Position numbers and translations under genes: made by a program. The notes under the pieces are model-generated. The model ran no database searches. It had not been told where the DNA came from and saw nothing but the letters and a program-made list of their open reading frames with translations. This document shows, in pieces, positions 17,202 through 19,709 of a stretch of DNA of 19,709 bases (within the stretch, counting starts at the first letter, position 1; every line of letters begins with the position of its first letter). Source of the stretch: Microcoleaceae cyanobacterium (lineage in GTDB: Bacteria > Cyanobacteriota > Cyanobacteriia > Cyanobacteriales > Microcoleaceae); assembly GCA_051652765.1 (NCBI GenBank), contig JBOFUV010000073.1:1-19709 (forward strand), in the 5' to 3' direction.

Positions 17202-17628
17202 TAACTTTGAGTAAGTGTTAGCTGCGAAAACGTTAGCTGTAAAAATCTGGATCAGCGCAAACCCGGACTAAACAATAGCTATTTTGCCAAAATCAGCATA
17301 AGAGGCTGTGCCAACACAAGCTGTATATCTGTACCGTGAATATATGATAGTCACTAACCAGAATTGACGGTATTTGAGAGCGTTATGAGAATTCCAAAAT
17401 GACAATCCTAAGGAAGTTATAAAAAATCAGCGAAGGTTGGGAGACAAGATGCCCAAGCAGCAGCAACACTCCTTCACCCCCATTTCACAAATTTCACAAA
17501 TCATTCGGGATTGCCATACACTCTCCCATTTTTACAGACAAAATCAGATTTAGTAGCCCAAAAATCATCTGAAACCCAGTAACACAGGAGATTTCACATG
17601 ATTTTCACAGCCATATTTTCACATCTAT

Positions 17629-17658
17629 TTACATACGCGCAGGTTACATGCGCGCAGG
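17629..17658. repeat. 15-bp tandem repeat x2 (TTACATRCGCGCAGG)
   Basis: ttacatacgcgcagg ttacatgcgcgcagg, preceded by several ATTTCACA units between 17482 and 17625. Confidence 0.8.
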
Positions 17659-17666
17659 CTTTACAG

Positions 17667-18230
17667 TCATACAGATTTGCTCAAGGGATCGGCAGTTTCT
17701 TGAAGTTCATCCAATCGAGCCAGAACTTCTTGACTGTGAACCGCAGGTCTGACCTTGACAAAGCTTTCTTGTAAAATTCCCTCTGGGTCAATAATGAAAG
17801 TATGACGCATTGAGAAAAAGTTCAGCCAAGATCCATAGGCTTTACTCACCTGACCATCAATATCTGCCAGTAAGGGAAATTTCAATCCTTCAGAGTCACA
17901 AAATTCCGTGTGAGAATCCACATCATCGGCACTAATACCCAAAACTTGGGCATTGCGATCAAGATACTGGGGCAAGTCTTGCTGAAACCGCTGAGCTTCT
18001 AGGGTGCAACCCGATGTGAAATCCTTGGGATAAAAATAGACAACGATCCACTGACCTCGATAATCAGTCAGAGAAATCTCCCCATCTCCAACATTGGTGG
18101 GGAGCGTAAATTCAGGCGCAGGCTGCCCGATGGCAGGTAAGGTTCCTCCCAAAGCCCAGACTGGAGCGACAAATCCGATCAGAGCGAGTAAAGCTGTAAA
18201 AACTAAAGCAATAAATGTTCGACGATTCAT
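17667..18230 (-). CDS. Peroxiredoxin Q/BCP with N-terminal signal peptide (PrxQ-B-like)
   Basis: VVYFYPKDFTSGCTLEA carries the peroxidatic Cys, with a second Cys in SHTEFCDSEG. The N-terminus MNRRTF plus a hydrophobic stretch and VWA suggests export. Confidence 0.92.
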   Translation of the reverse strand: MNRRTFIALVFTALLALIGFVAPVWALGGTLPAIGQPAPEFTLPTNVGDGEISLTDYRGQWIVVYFYPKDFTSGCTLEAQRFQQDLPQYLDRNAQVLGISADDVDSHTEFCDSEGLKFPLLADIDGQVSKAYGSWLNFFSMRHTFIIDPEGILQESFVKVRPAVHSQEVLARLDELQETADPLSKSV

Positions 18231-18351
18231 AGTTGGAAAGTTAAAAAAAGAGAATTAACCTACACAAGCTTACCCAAGTTCACATAAATTCATGTAAGTT
18301 CATGTAAAGTTATCCTGTTTGCGATTCTGTCGAAGCCCAAGATCAGTCATT

Positions 18352-18377
18352 TAGAGATTGCAAATAGAGATTGCAAA
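18352..18377. repeat. 13-bp perfect tandem repeat x2 (TAGAGATTGCAAA)
   Basis: Read directly from the sequence. A ~10-bp degenerate array (aagttcacat aaattcatgt aagttcatgt) lies just upstream at about 18276-18305. Confidence 0.85.
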
Positions 18378-18453
18378 CAGGATGAACTCAGACTATTTAA
18401 GAATTGCTACAATGGAAGTTTAATGCTTTAACTGCAGCCTTGCTGTCTCCGCT

Positions 18454-19709
18454 ATGTCTCTACCGATTGTTGCAATTATTGGACGTCCTAACGTGGGAAA
18501 GTCCACTATCGTGAACCGCTTGGCTGAGAGCCAAGACGCGATTGTTTTTGATGAACCCGGAATCACTCGCGATCGCACTTACCGCCAAGCGTTCTGGCAG
18601 GATCGAGACTTCCTTGTCGTAGATACAGGAGGACTAGTCTTTGATGATGATACTGAGTTTTTGCCCCTGATTCGACAGCAAGTTTTTACAGCCTTAGCCG
18701 AAGCGACCGTAGCCATTTTGCTCGTAGATGGACAAGCTGGATTGACCGGAGGAGATGAAGCGATCGCCCGTTGGTTGCGAGAACAGGCAACGGTACCCGT
18801 CATACTCGCCGTCAACAAGTGTGAATCTCCCACTACAGGACTGATTCAAGCCTCTGAATTCTGGGAGTTGGGCTTGGGTAATCCCTATCCAATTTCAGGG
18901 ATTCATGGCAGTGGCACAGGAGATTTGTTGGATGAGCTGATTCAGTATTTACCTCCCGCCCAGGATCTAGAGGAAACAGAAACAGAAACCAGTGTTGCTA
19001 TTGTTGGCCGTCCTAATGTTGGCAAATCGAGTTTATTGAATGCATTTTTAGGGGAAAACCGTGCCATTGTTAGTCCGATTTCTGGCACAACCCGTGATGC
19101 CATTGACACCCTAGTAGAACGGGAAGGCAAACAATATCGTTTGATTGACACTGCTGGAATTCGGCGGAAAAAAAATGTTGAATATGGGGCTGAATTCTTT
19201 GGGATCAATCGAGCCTTTAAAGCCATTCGCCGCGCCAATGTGGTTTTGTTAGTGATTGATGCCTTGGATAGTGTGACCGATCAGGATGTAAAACTTGCCG
19301 ATCGGATTCTAGAAGATGGGAAAGCCTGCGTTTTAGTCGTGAATAAATGGGATGTCGTAGAGAAGGACACTTACACCATTCTCTCCTATGAAAAAGAAGT
19401 AAAATCCCGTCTGTACTTTATGGATTGGGTCGAAACTATTTTTGTCAGCGCCACGACCGGAAAACGGGTTGAAAAGATCCTGGATTTGGTCGATCGGGCA
19501 GCCAGCGAACATCAACGTCGAGTCACAACGGCAGTTGTGAATGAAGTGATTGAAGATGCTGTCAGTTGGCACTCTCCTCCAACCACCCGCCAAGGACGAC
19601 AAGGCAAAATCTACTATGGCACTCAGGTCAGCATTCAGCCGCCAACGTTTGTCTTGTTTGTCAATGATCCCAAACGGTTTAATGAAAACTACCGCCGTTA
19701 CATTGAAAG
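18454..19709 (+). CDS. der: Ribosome biogenesis GTPase Der/EngA (3' end outside the window)
   Basis: Manual translation [24 protein letters not shown]...PGITRDRTY...DTGG...AVNKCE, then a second G domain [33 protein letters not shown]...DTAGIRRK...VVNKWD, then KH-like [13 protein letters not shown]. It is absent from the ORF track because there is no stop in the window. Confidence 0.97.
   Translation, partial: MSLPIVAIIGRPNVGKSTIVNRLAESQDAIVFDEPGITRDRTYRQAFWQDRDFLVVDTGGLVFDDDTEFLPLIRQQVFTALAEATVAILLVDGQAGLTGGDEAIARWLREQATVPVILAVNKCESPTTGLIQASEFWELGLGNPYPISGIHGSGTGDLLDELIQYLPPAQDLEETETETSVAIVGRPNVGKSSLLNAFLGENRAIVSPISGTTRDAIDTLVEREGKQYRLIDTAGIRRKKNVEYGAEFFGINRAFKAIRRANVVLLVIDALDSVTDQDVKLADRILEDGKACVLVVNKWDVVEKDTYTILSYEKEVKSRLYFMDWVETIFVSATTGKRVEKILDLVDRAASEHQRRVTTAVVNEVIEDAVSWHSPPTTRQGRQGKIYYGTQVSIQPPTFVLFVNDPKRFNENYRRYIE

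Noticed and set aside
17202..17666. sRNA or small ORF in the long arsR-prxQ intergenic region
   Set aside because: No convincing promoter-terminator pair, known RNA motif or coding pattern was recognised; only tandem micro-repeats.
18579..19602. Three minus-strand ORFs
   Set aside because: They are antisense to der, which occupies the plus strand from 18454 to the window end.

Overview
This is a cyanobacterial chromosomal segment, judged from rpaA, six HIP1 GCGATCGC octamers and cyanobacterial-type kinases. Core genes flank it: partial lpxA and fabZ on the left; pgm, rpaA, an ArsR regulator, a PrxQ peroxiredoxin and partial der/engA on the right. Between them is an accessory, partly decaying zone at about 1.5-12.4 kb. 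It holds a peroxiredoxin, a head-to-head scar of two gene remnants (one a VapC/PIN toxin), and a minus-strand unit. That unit consists of an NtcA-type promoter candidate, two out-of-order fragments of an NrtP/NarK nitrate-nitrite MFS pseudogene, an intact CBS-less ClC-family anion transporter with a non-canonical filter motif, and a beta-carbonic anhydrase. Divergently transcribed are an 81-aa Ser/Thr-kinase stub overlapping a 1610-aa multi-PAS/GAF hybrid histidine kinase (apparently a deletion product of a giant dual kinase) and a REC-HisKA-HATPase gene. Most intergenic spaces carry their own 9-15-nt tandem micro-duplication. The best candidate for an undescribed system is the putatively nitrogen-regulated ClC plus carbonic anhydrase unit behind the decayed nitrate transporter. 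All family calls come from motif recognition by eye; no searches were run.
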